From NCBI GenBank assembly GCA_951406725.2, contig OX597839.1, positions 23,932,001-23,996,000 of the forward strand: a stretch of 64,000 nt of DNA. Direction: 5' to 3'. Position numbers and translations under genes: made by a program. Below the pieces are notes generated by a model. It made no database searches. It was given only the letters and a program-made list of their open reading frames with translations, and had not been told where the DNA came from. Below, piece after piece: positions 13,241 through 26,468 of the stretch (positions are counted from its first letter, which is position 1; each line of letters begins with the position of its first letter). This DNA is from Octopus vulgaris (lineage: Eukaryota).

Positions 13241-13485
13241 AAGACGCAAAGCAGTCGAACTCGTCTGATTATATTGATGTGCTGCACGTCTGTGACCAAT
13301 AAACCATGATCCCACTAAGATATCCCACAATGGAACCGAAAACTTCGTCGTCGTCGCAACCTCACGTCTCACGCCACAGTAAACACGCGGTCAGGTCCGG
13401 ACAGGTCTTCTCACCGAACAAAAGGCCTTCCCAACCGACAACAACTACGTCCGCCGCTACTGCTGTTGTTGTTGCTGCTGTTGCA

Positions 13486-13521
13486 GTATGTATGTTTGCA
13501 TCTATGCATATATGTGTATGC

Positions 13522-13582
<61 letters not shown>

Positions 13583-13820
13583 CAGCGCACGTACCTACAT
13601 ACGTACGTAGTACCTACGTATGTATGTATGTATGTATGTATGTATGTATGTATGTGTGTATGTATGTATGTATGTGTGTATGTGTGTATGTATGTATGTA
13701 TGTATGTATGTATGTATGTATGTGCGTGTGTATGTATGTATGTATGTATGTATGTATGTATGTATGTATGTATGTGTATGTATGTATGGATGGATGTGTA
13801 TGTATGTATGTATGTATGTA

Positions 13821-13855
<35 letters not shown>

Positions 13856-14205
13856 ATGTATGTTTGTGTGTATGTATGTGTTTGTATGTATGTATGTGTG
13901 TGTATGTATGTATGTATGTATATGTGTATGTATGTATGTATGTATGTTTATGTATGTATGGATGGATGGATGTGTATGTATGTATGTGTGTGTGTATGTA
14001 TGTGTGTATGTATGTATGTATGTATGTATGTATGTATGTGTGTATGTATGTATGTGTATGTATGTATGTATGTGTATGTATATATGTGCGTATGTATATA
14101 TGTATGTATGTATGTGTATGTATGTATGTATGTGTGTGTATGTATGTATGTATGTATGTATGTGTATGTATGTATGTGTGTATGTGTGTACACACGCACA
14201 CATAC
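13486..14205 (+). repeat. (TA)n/(TATG)n/(TG)n microsatellite
   Basis: Direct observation; similar tracts at 8205-8520 and 20107-20385, and (GAAA)n at 8860-9010. Confidence 0.97.
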
Positions 14206-14539
14206 AAAGATAAATTGATAGATACAACTGAGTGGGCAAACAAAAACATGAGACACAGCCTAGTGCTTTTTTATGTTGATAAGCCGAGTACTTATTCTAT
14301 TAGTTTGTTCTTGTGAAACCAGTAAGTTATGTGGGTGTAAATAAATGAACAGCAGTTGTGAAGCAGTGATGAGGACGAAACACAGAGACAAAGACACACA
14401 ATACACTTACATATATGCATACATATATATACGATTGATTTGTTACAGTTCCTGTCTACGAAATCCATATATATTGTTGTTGGCATCCTTTTTGTCTCGG
14501 GAGACAATGGAGTTGCGCATAAAATAATGTAGTCCGGCT

Positions 14540-16780
14540 TTTACATTTCATGTCCTAATACATCTCCTGCTGTGGCTGTGTAGTCCTACCTGGACAAACA
14601 CTCCCTCTAGCAGGTGCCGCAAATGTAGCGAAGACTTTGTCTGGCTGGTTGTAATGTCATAGTTTCTTGTTGACGTCTTTTCTTGTCTTTCCATTTCTCC
14701 TTTCTCACTATGTCACTCCTTTGTGTTCCCTCTTTTACGGTACGTCGCCAATCTCCACGGTTGCTGGCAACTGCTTCCCAGTTGGTAATATTGATGTTGC
14801 AGGCATTCATGTCCCTTTTGCAAACATCCTTGTATCGTAAGAACAGTCTTCCCACAGACCTAGTGCCCCTAGCAAGCTCTCCGTTGAGTATGTCCTTGGG
14901 GATTCTGCCATCTTCCATACGGCTAACATGTCCAAGCCATCTTATACGTCTTTGTGTGAGGAGTGCAAACATGCTTGGTATTCCTGCTTGCTTGAGGACA
15001 TCTTTGTTGGGGACATGGTTCTGCCATTTGATGCGAAGGATTTCCCGGAAGCAGCGCAGGTGAAAGATATTTAGGCGACGCTCTTGGCGTGTGTATGGCG
15101 TCCACGTCTCACTTCCATACAGTAGAGTGCTAAGTACACATGCCTGGTAAATCTTCATTTTTGTGGTCTTGGTTACCTTATTGTTGTCCCATGCGCGTTT
15201 GGTGAGTTGGGTCATCACAGCAGCTGCCTTGCCAATGCGTATATTGAGCACAGAATCAAGGGATAGGTTGTAGGTGACGGTAGAGCCAAAATAGGTAAAC
15301 TTCTCCACCTCCTGTACTCTGTGGTCTCCAATATGTATGTTTGGGATGTCCGATGTAGCCTGACCCATGATGCTGGTCTTCTTGAGGCTGATAACTAAGC
15401 CAAAGTTGCCAAATACTTTCTCAAAACAGTTGATGAGCCTTCGTAGGGCTTCTTCTGTGTGTGATACCAGAGCGGCATCATCAGTAAATAGCATCTCCTT
15501 GATCAGGACGCTTCTGGTTTTGGTCTTGGCACACAGACGCGAGAGATTGAACAGTTTCCCATCACTTCTACTGTGCAGAAACACTCCATCATCTGATGTC
15601 TCAAAGGCATGTGACAGCAGCAGCGAGAAGAAGATGCCAAATAATGTAGGAGCAAGGACACAACCTTGCTTTACCCCATTTTTTATTTGGAAGGCGGCTG
15701 ATCTTGAACCATTGTGCTGTATGGTGCCTTGCATATCATCATGGAAAGATTTGATGATCCTCAGCAGCTTTGGTGGACATCCGATCTTTTGGAGCAGGAT
15801 GAAGAGGCCTTTTCTACTTACAAAAAGCATAATGATGTTAGCATCCCGCATATCCTGAGGGACTGTACCCTCTTCCCAGCACTGACACAGAAGCTCATGA
15901 AGGTGCCGAAGCAGGATGGTGTTTTTGCCTGTTTTGATGATCTCTAAGGGGATGACGTCTTTTCCCGGAGCCTTGTTACTTGCTAGGGAGTCAATAGATT
16001 TGGTGAGGTCTGCTATAGATGGCAGACTGTCAAGTTCACACATGACTGGCAAGATTTTGTCACCCTCGATTGCAGCCTCAGTAGAGATCCTGGTAGTACT
16101 CCATCCATGTATCCATTTGCTTGCTTTGGTCCTTGATGAGATCCCCAGTAGTTGATTTCAGAGGGGTTGAGTTGGTTGCGTATGGACCGAGGGCCTTCTT
16201 CAAACCGGCATACATCCCACGTGAGTCGCCACTGTCAGCAGCTGACTGGATGCTCTGACAGATTTCCTGTCAATACCCATTTGCACTGCGTCTGGCAGTC
16301 AGTTGGGTTTTATTTCTTGCCTTTCTGAGTTCTTCGAGTGACTTTGTAGAAGAATCCCTCTTGTATTGCATCAGAGCTGTATTGCATCAGAGCTTGTATT
16401 GCTTCGATAACTGTTTCCAGCTCTGAGAGCCCAGCACTGAACAAAATCTGGGTTTTACCTTTCTCTCATGCCGAAAGTATCTATTGATGTGGTATACAAA
16501 GCTTCCCTGATATAATTCCACCTACTTTCAGCAGAGGAGGTTGGGCAGCTACTGAGGGCAACCTTGATAGAAACAGCAAAACATTGTCGCAGTGTAGGGT
16601 CCGAGGTTCTGGCAGTGTTAATGCGTGGTCGGCTCATTTTCTTGGAGTGATGGACTTTTTCAGGCAGAATCCTCGCCCTTCTTATTAGTGAATGATCTGT
16701 GTCACAATCCGCGCTGCGGTAACCACGGGTCAGTTGAACAGAATTCAGAAAGGATCTTCGTGTAATGATGAGATCCAACT
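14540..16780 (-). mobile_element. Degenerate RTE (BovB-like) LINE, 5'-truncated and internally deleted
   Basis: KAPGKD, GVKQGCVLAPTLF, LFTDD (degenerate FADD), LLYGSETW, RWLGHV; endonuclease tail DLIITR..DCDTDHSL at 16455-16778. RT segments are missing between IIMLF and VSRKGL. Confidence 0.92.
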
Positions 16781-18539
16781 ATACACAATAGTCTTTTCTT
16801 TAATTTAGTTTTTTTATTATCCATCTAGACTATTCCATTTCTGCAATCTAATTTTATTTTTAATTTATTCCCATTCATGTGAAACCACTTATTCAATTTC
16901 AAGTTATTGATGCAATTTTATACCAATTGCTAATTTTACTTTTGTTATGTTACGATTATATTATACTTTAGTTTGATTTTAATTATTACTTACTACATAT
17001 AATTCAATTGTTATTATTATTTTTATTGTTAAAGTGAAAGTATCTGACATAAAATAGAGAAACGTTTTTGTTTCACTTTTAACACGTAATACTGAAATAG
17101 TGGAGAAGATATGATATTGCTATGGGCTCGCTCTAGGCAAGAAGTTGAACATTTTTTTTTTGCCCTAAGTAAGGCATGTGTAAAATTTGAATGGAATTGG
17201 TTGCGTAGTTCTCAAGTTTTAGGGAATCGTAGTGGAGAAGATATGATATTGCTGTGGGCTCGCCCTAGGCAAAAAGTTCAAAGTGGAGAAGATATGATAT
17301 TGCTGTGGGTTCGCTCTAGGCAAGAAGATGAACATTTTTTTTGCCCATGACACTCCCCGGGCCCTAAGTAAGGCATATGTAAAATTTGAATGAAATTGGT
17401 TGTGTAGTTCTCAAGTTTTAGGGAAACAGACAGACACACATTCTCAGTTTTATATATATAAAGATATTCAAACACGTGCATACGTCACGAGTGGATGGCC
17501 ATCAAGTACGTACGTGTATATATATATAATATAATATAATATATATATATGTATGTATATATGTATATACGTACATATATATTTTGGCAGTTGGCCCCTG
17601 TATCTTGAGGCCTCAGACTTTAGTCTATCAAGCCTTACCCTCGTACACAACCATAGCCTACATAGATTGACAATGGATTCCTTAGATCCGTGGAAACCCC
17701 GAGAAAGTACCCACTTTAGCCTGTATCTTAGAATGGCACCGACATCAGGGACCGTCGTTGTTGCTCTCGCATTTCAAAATGCAAACAAATCCAAGGCAGA
17801 AAAAATGGCGGACAAATTCATGTGAAGACAACTTATGCATTACTCTTTTACTCTTTTACTTGTTTCAGTCATTTGACTGCGGCCATGCTGGAGCACCGCC
17901 TTTAGTCGAGCAACTCGACCCCGGGACTTATTCTTTGTAAGCCCAGTACTTATTCTATCGGTCTCTTTTTGCCGAACCGCACTAAGTGACGGGGACGTAA
18001 ACTCACCAGCATCGGTTGTCAAGCGATGTTGTGGGGGACAAACACAGACACACAAACACACACACGCATATATATATATATATATATACATATATACGAC
18101 GGGCTTCTTTCAGTTTCCGTCTACCAAATCCACTCACAAGGCATTGGTCGGCCCGGGGCTATAGTAGAAGACACTTGCCCAAGATGCCACGCAGTGGGAC
18201 TGAACCTGGAACCATGTGGTTGGTAGGCAAGCTACTTACCACACAGCCACTCCTGCGCCTTAATTGTTAGATTTTCTTTTTTTGTTTCCTTTTATTTATT
18301 TATTTATTTATTATATTGAGAGACATTTTGTCAACAATATTGTTTTACATGAAGAAAAGCAAGGAAACACATTAAAAGTTATTGAGTTCGAGAGAGAAAA
18401 AACCCATAACTACCTCACCAAAGAAAGAAAGAAAATGAAAAAAGAGGAGTGGGATTGAGCGGCAGAAGAGGAGGCGGTGGGGTGGAAATATTGGGGTGTA
18501 CACTCCAAAGTAAATGGATTGAACCACTACATCCCTGCG

Positions 18540-18730
18540 ATGAAAGGTCACAGATCCGGAACTACGGACATGTGATATGAGTATCGCAGGAAAGGATTAT
18601 AAGATGAATTCTTCAAGTTGAGCCAGCTAGCAGGAGACCAAGGGTAGATTGAGAACGAAATGGTCGACCAAGGGTAGACCAAGAACAAGATGGAAAAGGC
18701 ATTGCCCCGGAGGATGACGAGTGAGATGCG
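18540..18730 (+). mobile_element. Old RTE-like C-terminal remnant
   Basis: QIRNYGHVI and KGRPRTRW motifs in a broken frame. Confidence 0.5.
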
Positions 18731-21700
18731 CTGAAAGCCGCCATTTTGGCTCACAGGGTTTGCACTTGAAGCCAAAGAATTATATGAATTCTGTTATTAC
18801 TGACCTGACCACCTTCTCTGAACCGTCAAGCCAATCTTCTAACATTTTAATTAGTTTTTTTTTTTTCTTTCTTTTTTAGTCGGAGATTTTGAAATAAAAT
18901 CCTAAGTTTACAAAATACAAAAATAAACTTCACTCTGCATTCATGGAAAACGAACAGTTCAAATAAAACACATCGTTGAATTTCTCTTGGCGTTTTGGCC
19001 CCACGAGATCATCACACGAGGGATGGATTCGAATGATCTAGAGAACTTAGAGAACTTAGAGGTCGGCCTCACAAGAACATCAACGTACATATATGGGCTT
19101 TTTTATTTCTTTCTTTTTGTTTCCCTTTTCCGCCACAATGTATCGTCTGCTGCTTTTGTAAACTATTTTATATTTTCTAATGGTTTGTAGGTACGTGGTA
19201 TTTCGTTATGCAATCATAATATACTATGAAGCATATTAAACGTTTCTATTAGCCAATACTAAGTTCTACTGTGTTAGCAGGGCTCTTGCATCACTTGTTA
19301 AGGTTATTTCTATAGATTCTTTATTGAAATTAGAGCCAGCACTGATTTTTGTTACTACGTCAGATGTAAGCAAACGATAAGGTCGAAGTTGAAAAATGAG
19401 TAATGAGCTTCTATACCATATTTCGGGGCGTTTTGGCCCTTCATCTGTGCCCATTAATCCATTAATCATCCCGAACACATTGCTTAAAAAGCCACTAAAT
19501 TTGAAACGGACGATCTCTTCGTACAGCCGTGTTGCTTTCAATAAACATATCCACTTCACCCATTCCCAACGCGAGTATTAAGTTCTCGTTTTGAGCTCTA
19601 GTATTCCCGGTTCCGTAATTGTTTCTTATTTTTCTTTTATTCTTTTATTTGTTTCAGTCTTTTGACTGCGGCCATGCTGGAGCACCGCCTTTAGTCCAAC
19701 AATTCGACTCCAGGACTTATTCTCTGTAAGCCTGGTATTTATTCCATCGGTTTTTACCGAAACGCTACGTTACGGTGACGTAAACACACCTACATCGGTT
19801 GTCAAGGGATGGTGGGGGGACAAACACAGACTCACTAATACAAACACACACACACACATACGACGGGCTTCTTTCAGTCTCCGTCTACAATATCCACTCA
19901 CAAGTCTTTGGTCGACCTGAGGCTATAGCAGAAAATACTTGCCCAAGGTGTCACGCAGTGGGATTGAACCCGTAACCATGTGGTTTGGAAGCAAGCTTCC
20001 TACCACACAGTCATGCCTGTGCCTTTGTTCAATTTTTTTTTTGAAACTGAATCGTCCTTTAATTTCCTTTTTAACCTGAACCACTTGTGTTTAGGTATTT
20101 TTTATTGTATGCATGCATGTACGTACGTATGTATGCATGTGTGTATGTATGTATGCATGTGTGTATGTATGTATGTATGCATGTATGTACGTATGCATGT
20201 ATGTATGTGTGTCTGTGTGTATGTATGTATGCATGTATGTGTGTGTATGTATGTATGTATGCATGCATGTACGTACGTATGCATGTATGTATGCATGTAC
20301 GTACGTACGTATGTATGTATGCATGTACGTACGTACGTATGTATGCATGTATGTATATTTGTGTATGTATACGTACTTATATACACAAACATAACTACAT
20401 AAACACACAGATACGTACACAAAACAAGCGATTCAGCTGAACAAAAATTAAAGAAATAAGAATTCTAATCGTAAATTTTTCGAATACTTTCAGTTTTGAT
20501 TTCGCATCTCTGAGAAATCGTCTGCGATTTAATATTGGAAAGATTAAAACCCTTCACTGACACAATACACAACTAAATGCACAGGGCAGAGAGAAATAGC
20601 TATCATAGAGTGATAACTGCTAATTGATATTTGTAGTAATGAAACATCGGTTTAAGTGGATATAGAAAGATGAAAGTATAGCTATTGTTAAGTCTGGGGT
20701 TATCCATCTTTTATACACATAAAGAAATAAAAGGGTCCTGCTCAAATCCTTTACTATATTGGCAAATCTGTGTGGGTAGAAGAGTAACGTCCCTTGTGCA
20801 ACAGAGTTGTGTCGCTTACACGCCTCGCACCTGAAGCACCGCCCTTCGTTAAACCCAGTCTTTCCAGTATAATTGCAGTTTGGTCTGGTTTGGATTAATA
20901 AACAGGACTTCTCTCTCTCTCTCTCTCACATACACACACACTTTAGAGTTCAGTGTCGGATCTTTTCCTTTTGAACGGCAGTTTTCAACACAATTTCTAG
21001 TTAACTAAACACTTTTAAACTTCGTATACTGGTAGAATGTGTTTATAAAACATCTTTTTCTCTTGGCTTTATTGAGAAAATTCTATAGTTTGTAAGATAT
21101 TTCATCTGAAATTTCGAGCATTTCGGCAATTTTAACCAATCGCTGACCTCCATTTGGGGGTGCAAACATTCCGTGCTGTATGAATATGTCCCTCGTTTAA
21201 GAAACAGATTGGGTTTATTTACATTTGCGAAGAAAAAAAGATACCCTTTCCCCACCCCTAACCCTAACCCTGAATATTTAGTAGAAATTACAGCTTCAGG
21301 GTATGTCTGTCCATCACAAGGAGGGAGCAATTTGTTGATGCTGCTGTGGGTTGAATCGTGTTTTCAGTCACTGTTCATATTACCCCACTTACTGCTGGGT
21401 TTGTCTGCTGATTTTCTTCTTGTGTTCCCTTGTGTATCTTCTTTTTGTTGTGGAGGCGCAATGGCCCAGTGGTTAGGGCAGCGGACTCGCGGTCATAGGA
21501 TCGCGGTTTCGATTCCCAGACCGGGCGTTGTGAGTGTTTATTGAGCGAAAACACCTAAAAGCTCCACGAGGCTCCGACAGGGGATGGTGGTGATCCCTGC
21601 TGTACTCTTTCGCCACAACTTTCTCTCACTCTTACTTCCTGTTTCTGTTGTACCTGTATTTCAAGGGGCCGGCCTTGTCACTCTCTGTGTCACGCTGAAT

Positions 21701-22077
21701 ATCCCCAAGAACTACGTTAAGGGTACATGTGTCTGTGGAGTGCTCAGCCACTTACACGTTAATTTCACGAGCAAGCTGTTCCGTTGATTCAGATCAACTG
21801 GAACCCTCATCGTCGTAACCGACGGAGTGCTTCCATTCCATTCCTGTGGGAGGTGGTGGTGGTGATTCAATTTTGTATGGACTTGGTGTTGTCTGGTGTC
21901 TTTTCTTTGCATTTCTTGCTCTTCAATAGCCTGGTTTATGGCCAGAACGCTCTGCCCTTAGTGGCATGTTTTCTCATAAGTGTGTGCGTCTGTAATTGTG
22001 CATATAGGAGGGGAATGAACAAAAGCAGGAGAAGAGAGAATAGGGTCAGAAGATTCCATGGATTGTAATTGTATTTT

Positions 22078-23165
22078 TTGCCAGCCTCGCCTGGCCCCCG
22101 TGCCGATGACACGTAAAAGCACCATCCTTTCGTGGCCGTTTGCCAGCATCGCCTGGCCCCGTGCTGGTGACACGTAAAAGCACCATCCGTTCGTGGCCGT
22201 TTGCCAGCTCTGTCTGGCCCCCGTGTCGGTGGCACGTAAAAGCACCATCCGTTCATGGCCGTTTGCCAGCTCTGTCTGGCCCCCGTGCCGGTGACACGTA
22301 AAAGCACCATCCGTTCATGGCCGTTTGCCAGCTCTGTCTGGCCCCCGTGTCGGTGGCACGTAAAAGCACCATCCGTTCATGGCCGTTTGCCAGCCTCGCC
22401 TGGCCCCCGTGCCGGTGACACGTAAAAGCACCATCCGTTCGTGGTCGTTTGCCAGCTCTGTCTGGCCCCCCGTGTCGGTGGCACGTAAAAGCACCATCCA
22501 TTCGTGTCCATTGCCAGCCTCGCCTCCGTGCCTGACACGTAAGCACCATCCGTCGTGGCCCCCGTGCCAGTGATACGTAAGCACCATCCGTTCGTGTCCG
22601 CTGCCAGCCTGCCTGGCCCCCGTGCCAAGCACCATCCGTTCGTGGTCGTTTGCCAGCTCTGTCTGGCCCCCGTGTCGGTGGCACGTAAAAGCACCATCCG
22701 TTCGTGTCCGTTGCCAGCCTCGCCTGGCCCCCGTGCCGGTGACACGTAAAAGCACCATCCGTTCGTGGTCGTTTGCCAGCTCTGTCTGGCCCCCGTGTCG
22801 GTGGCACGTAAAAGCACCATCCGTTCGTGTCCGCTGCCAGCCTCGCCTGGCCCCCGTGCCAGTGACACGTAAAAGCACCATCCGTTCGTGTCCGTTGCCA
22901 GCCTCGCCTGGCCCCCGTGCCGGTGACACGTAAAAGCACCATCCGTTCGTGGTCGTTTGCCAGCTCTGTCTGGCACCTGTGCGGGTGGCACGTAAAAATC
23001 ACCCACTACACTCACGGAGTGGTTGGCATTAGGAAGGGCATCCAGCCGTAGAAACACTGCCAGATCTGACTGGGCCTGACGAAGCCTTCCAGCTTCACAG
23101 ACCCCAGTTGAACCGTCCAACCCATGCTAGCATGGAAAGCGGACGCTAAATGATGATGATGATGA
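22078..23165 (+). repeat. RTE 3' UTR with expanded 61-62 bp minisatellite (about 15 units)
   Basis: Unit GGCACGTAAAAGCACCATCCGTTCGTG(G/T)CCGTT(T)GCCAG[CTCTGT/CCTCGC]CTGGCCCCCGTG(T/C)CGGT, followed by the RTE 3' terminus and (GAT)n. Confidence 0.93.
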
Positions 23166-25200
23166 GTATTTTCAGCCACTTCAGCTGCTACTGCCATTTC
23201 CAGTTTCTACTGCAGTTGTAGGCATTGTCACGGCTGCTGCATCCACCAGAGAACTCCTTCTGTTGGAACCGTCAGTATTGTGATCTCTACTGCACTTCTA
23301 CCCAAATAAGTAAGGAAGAGAATGAATTCCTTGTTGTAGCTGGTGACTGCTGTAGAGCAAGGGCCTCAGTCTCAAGACCTCAATCCTGCCAAACAGCCCT
23401 GTCCTGCTCTGAATATTTGGTCAATATCCTACATTACATCACAGAGGACCCTTTCTATTTGTGGTTATCTCCAATTGATGAGCTTTTACATTCACCCCTC
23501 TTTATCATCATCATTATCATCATTTAGCATCCGCTTTCCATGCCAGCATGGGTTGGACGGTTCAACTGGGGTCTGGGAAGCCAGAAGGCTGCACCAGGCC
23601 TAGTCTGATCTGGCAGTGTTTCTACGACTGGATGCCCTTCCTAACGCCAACCACTCCAAGAGTGGAGTGGGTGCTTTTTACGTGTCATTGGCACAGAGGG
23701 CCAGTCAGGCAACATGAAACTGGTAATAGAGACCCCACTCCTGAAACTTCAGTTGCAACTGCTAGGGAAAATGATTATATATATGTGATACCAGTGCTGG
23801 TGGCACGTAAGCGAACCATCCGAACGTGGCCGTTGCCAGCACTGCGCCGATGGGCCTCTGTGTCGGTGGCACGTAAAAAGCACCATCCAATCGTGGCCGT
23901 TGCCAGCCTCGCCTGGCCCCCGTGCCAGTGGCATGTAAAAAGCACCCACTACACTCACGGAGTGGTTGGCATTAGGAAGGGCATCCAGCCATAAAAACAT
24001 TGCTAGATCAGACTGGGCCAGGTTTTCCTGCTACCTCCTCATAAAAACTGTTTGTGGGTCTTATTGATTCCATAATTCCAACAAATAAAAAAAATCACCA
24101 ACAAAACCAAATTTTACGAAAACTGTGCCCTTCAAAGTTCAATTTGGAGGGTTCCCCTCTTCAGCCAATGAATTAGGTGGGGCCCTTAAGAAAAGTTTTA
24201 AAACAAAGAATTAAAGAAAGCAAACAAATATTTCTGAAAACTTTAACAATTCTTTGGGAGCCAACATGGCACACATACAAGCAAATAATACAGATTTCAA
24301 ACTTTGGCACAAGGCCAGCAATTTCAAGAGTTGATTACATCAGCTCCAGCTTAGCGGTTCAGCAAAAGAGAGCGATTGAATAAGTACTAGGCTGACAAAG
24401 AATAAGTCCTGGGGTTGATTCATTCGACTAAAGTCAGTGCTCCAGCATGGCTGCAGTCAAATGACAAACAAGTAAAATAGTATGCATTTCCTCCAGCATG
24501 CCTTAACGAGATAATAATAATTGTTTCTAATAATTGCATAAGACCAGAAATCTGTGTGTGAGTGGAGGGATGGGGTGGGGGGAAGCAGTGTTAGTTGATT
24601 AAATTAATTGCAGTAGGCTTGTACTTTATTTTAATAATAATAACAACAACAGTAATAGTTTCTAGAATACGGCACAACACCAAAAATTTGAGGGGAGGGG
24701 GTGTTGGTCAATTAAATCAACCCCAGTACTTGACTGAGGAAGGATGAAAGGCAAAGCTGACCTCATCAGGATTTGAACTCAGAATGTAAAGGGGTGGAAC
24801 AAACACAGCAAGACATTTTGTCTGATGCTCTACCAATTCTGCCAACCCAATATGCTAATGCAAAATATAATTATAATTAATAGGTGCAAGTGTAGCAAGA
24901 AGTTTGCTTTCCTACCACATGGTTCCAGGTTCAGTTCCAGTGCATGGCACCTAAGCAAGTTTCTTCTATCAGCCTTGGACCGACGGAAGCCTTAAACTGG
25001 TGTGTTTTTGTGTGTGTGCATGTGTGTGACCCACTGCCACTTGACAACCGGTGTTGGTGTGTTTGCATCCCTGTCATAAGTGACTGATAGAATAAGTACC
25101 AAGTTTAAAAGAAATAACTGGGTTGGTTCATTTAACTAAAAAATTCTTCAAGGCTGAGCCCCAGCATGGCCACAGTCATTAGACTGTGGCCATGCTGGGG

Positions 25201-25545
25201 CTCTGATCATGAGCAGAAGTAGTAGGGGAGCATCATAGTCATGTGCTGAGCGGGATTCTTTTGGGGAGGTTGAATAATTCACCCTTGGAAACATGGGTGT
25301 TTCATTCATCAGCTTTAAATAGCCCTTATTCAGGGACCTTTTGAACGACATGGACTACTCGACTTGAAGAAAATTTTAACTGGGCCCCACCTGCAAGATC
25401 ATGTACTGTTTATCTTGGTCACCATGTTGCACACATATGGTTGTGATGCATGTACCTGGTGTACCCTTATCAGTCATGATGGGTATATTAGGCTTCGTAT
25501 ATTTGTACCCCAGTGTCACTTTGATGGCATGCACTGCTCTCTCAG
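25201..25545 (+). repeat. About 345-bp dispersed repeat, near-identical copy at 28989-29335
   Basis: Direct sequence match; the second copy is longer (from about 28845) and ends in (TAA)n, like a retroposon tail. Confidence 0.85.
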
Positions 25546-25692
25546 AGAAACAAGTAAAAGATATAAAAAAAAGATAAATAAAAAAATAAATAAATAAAAA
25601 AAGATGAATAAAAATTTTCAATTTCAGATATATTTGGAAATTTCATTGACGACATTGAGATCCATAAATTCCAATCATGTTAATTTAATTAA

Positions 25693-25967
25693 TTAATTAA
25701 TTTTAAGTGGGTCAGCATCGATGTTTGAAACACAAACTTCAACTGTAAGTTCGCTCAGTAGGTTTTCCAATGAGATTTTCAACTGCGACAGGTAACCCCT
25801 TTCTGTGTTGCTGTGCTCACAGAGTAGCACCGAGGAACCATTATGGATCGCATCCAGTACATCATGATGTGACATCTCCCCGGAGACATAGAGGTCAGCA
25901 CTGACACCCCGGAGGACAGTGGAGCCGGAACCAGCACACACAGCAACCGTCTTTATGGTTTTATCGG
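25693..25967 (-). CDS. NIF3L1: NIF3L1 terminal exon 5
   Basis: atttcag acceptor; IKTVAVCAGSGSTVL...GEMSHHDVLDA...CEHSNTERGYL...DADPL then TAA. The joined CDS is 1188 nt (395 aa; 352 aa from the second ATG). Confidence 0.96.
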
Positions 25968-26420
25968 CTGAAATGGGAGAAAGAAGAGAAATTTTTAAAA
26001 TTACAAAAGAATTTCAGTTAAAATAAAACTCAACAGGCACAAGTGTATATTAAAGAACTCCCTTTAGTCATGAATGACCATGGGACTGCATCTAAAAAGC
26101 CCCCATCCAAGGCACAAGTCTGGGCAAGGTTGTTTCTGGAAACCAGCAGTCACCCATGGAAAACGGACGTTAAACGATGATAATGATGATGCATATACAT
26201 ACACGCATGTGTGTATGTGTATGTATATATGGAGGGCTGTTATAAGCTAACCCTGAAATCGGTCCGATATGGTAATAATGGAATGTTTAAAAATTTCGGT
26301 CGACCTTTTTTCGAGTAGCGTGCATATTGTGAAAAAATTATATGGTTAATGGACAATATGTCCAATTTTTCGGCATATCTGGCATTAGAAATTTTTTCGT
26401 TTGCCCTTAATTATGAATTG

Positions 26421-26468
<48 letters not shown>

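Noticed and set aside
11922-13372. His-rich, Thr-rich or Val-rich proteins (for example beak His-rich protein or mucin)
   Set aside because: These are translations of a degenerate trinucleotide microsatellite that also occurs in reverse inside a ZMYND12 intron; frames break and no splice structure supports them.
21257-21271. Telomeric (CCCTAA)n
   Set aside because: Only about two units, internal to a MITE family (also near 4765-4780); not a telomere or a meaningful interstitial array.
22078-22998. CRISPR-like array of regularly spaced repeats
   Set aside because: The spacers are themselves repeated, there are no cas genes, the context is eukaryotic, and the array is the 3' UTR minisatellite of the RTE LINE.
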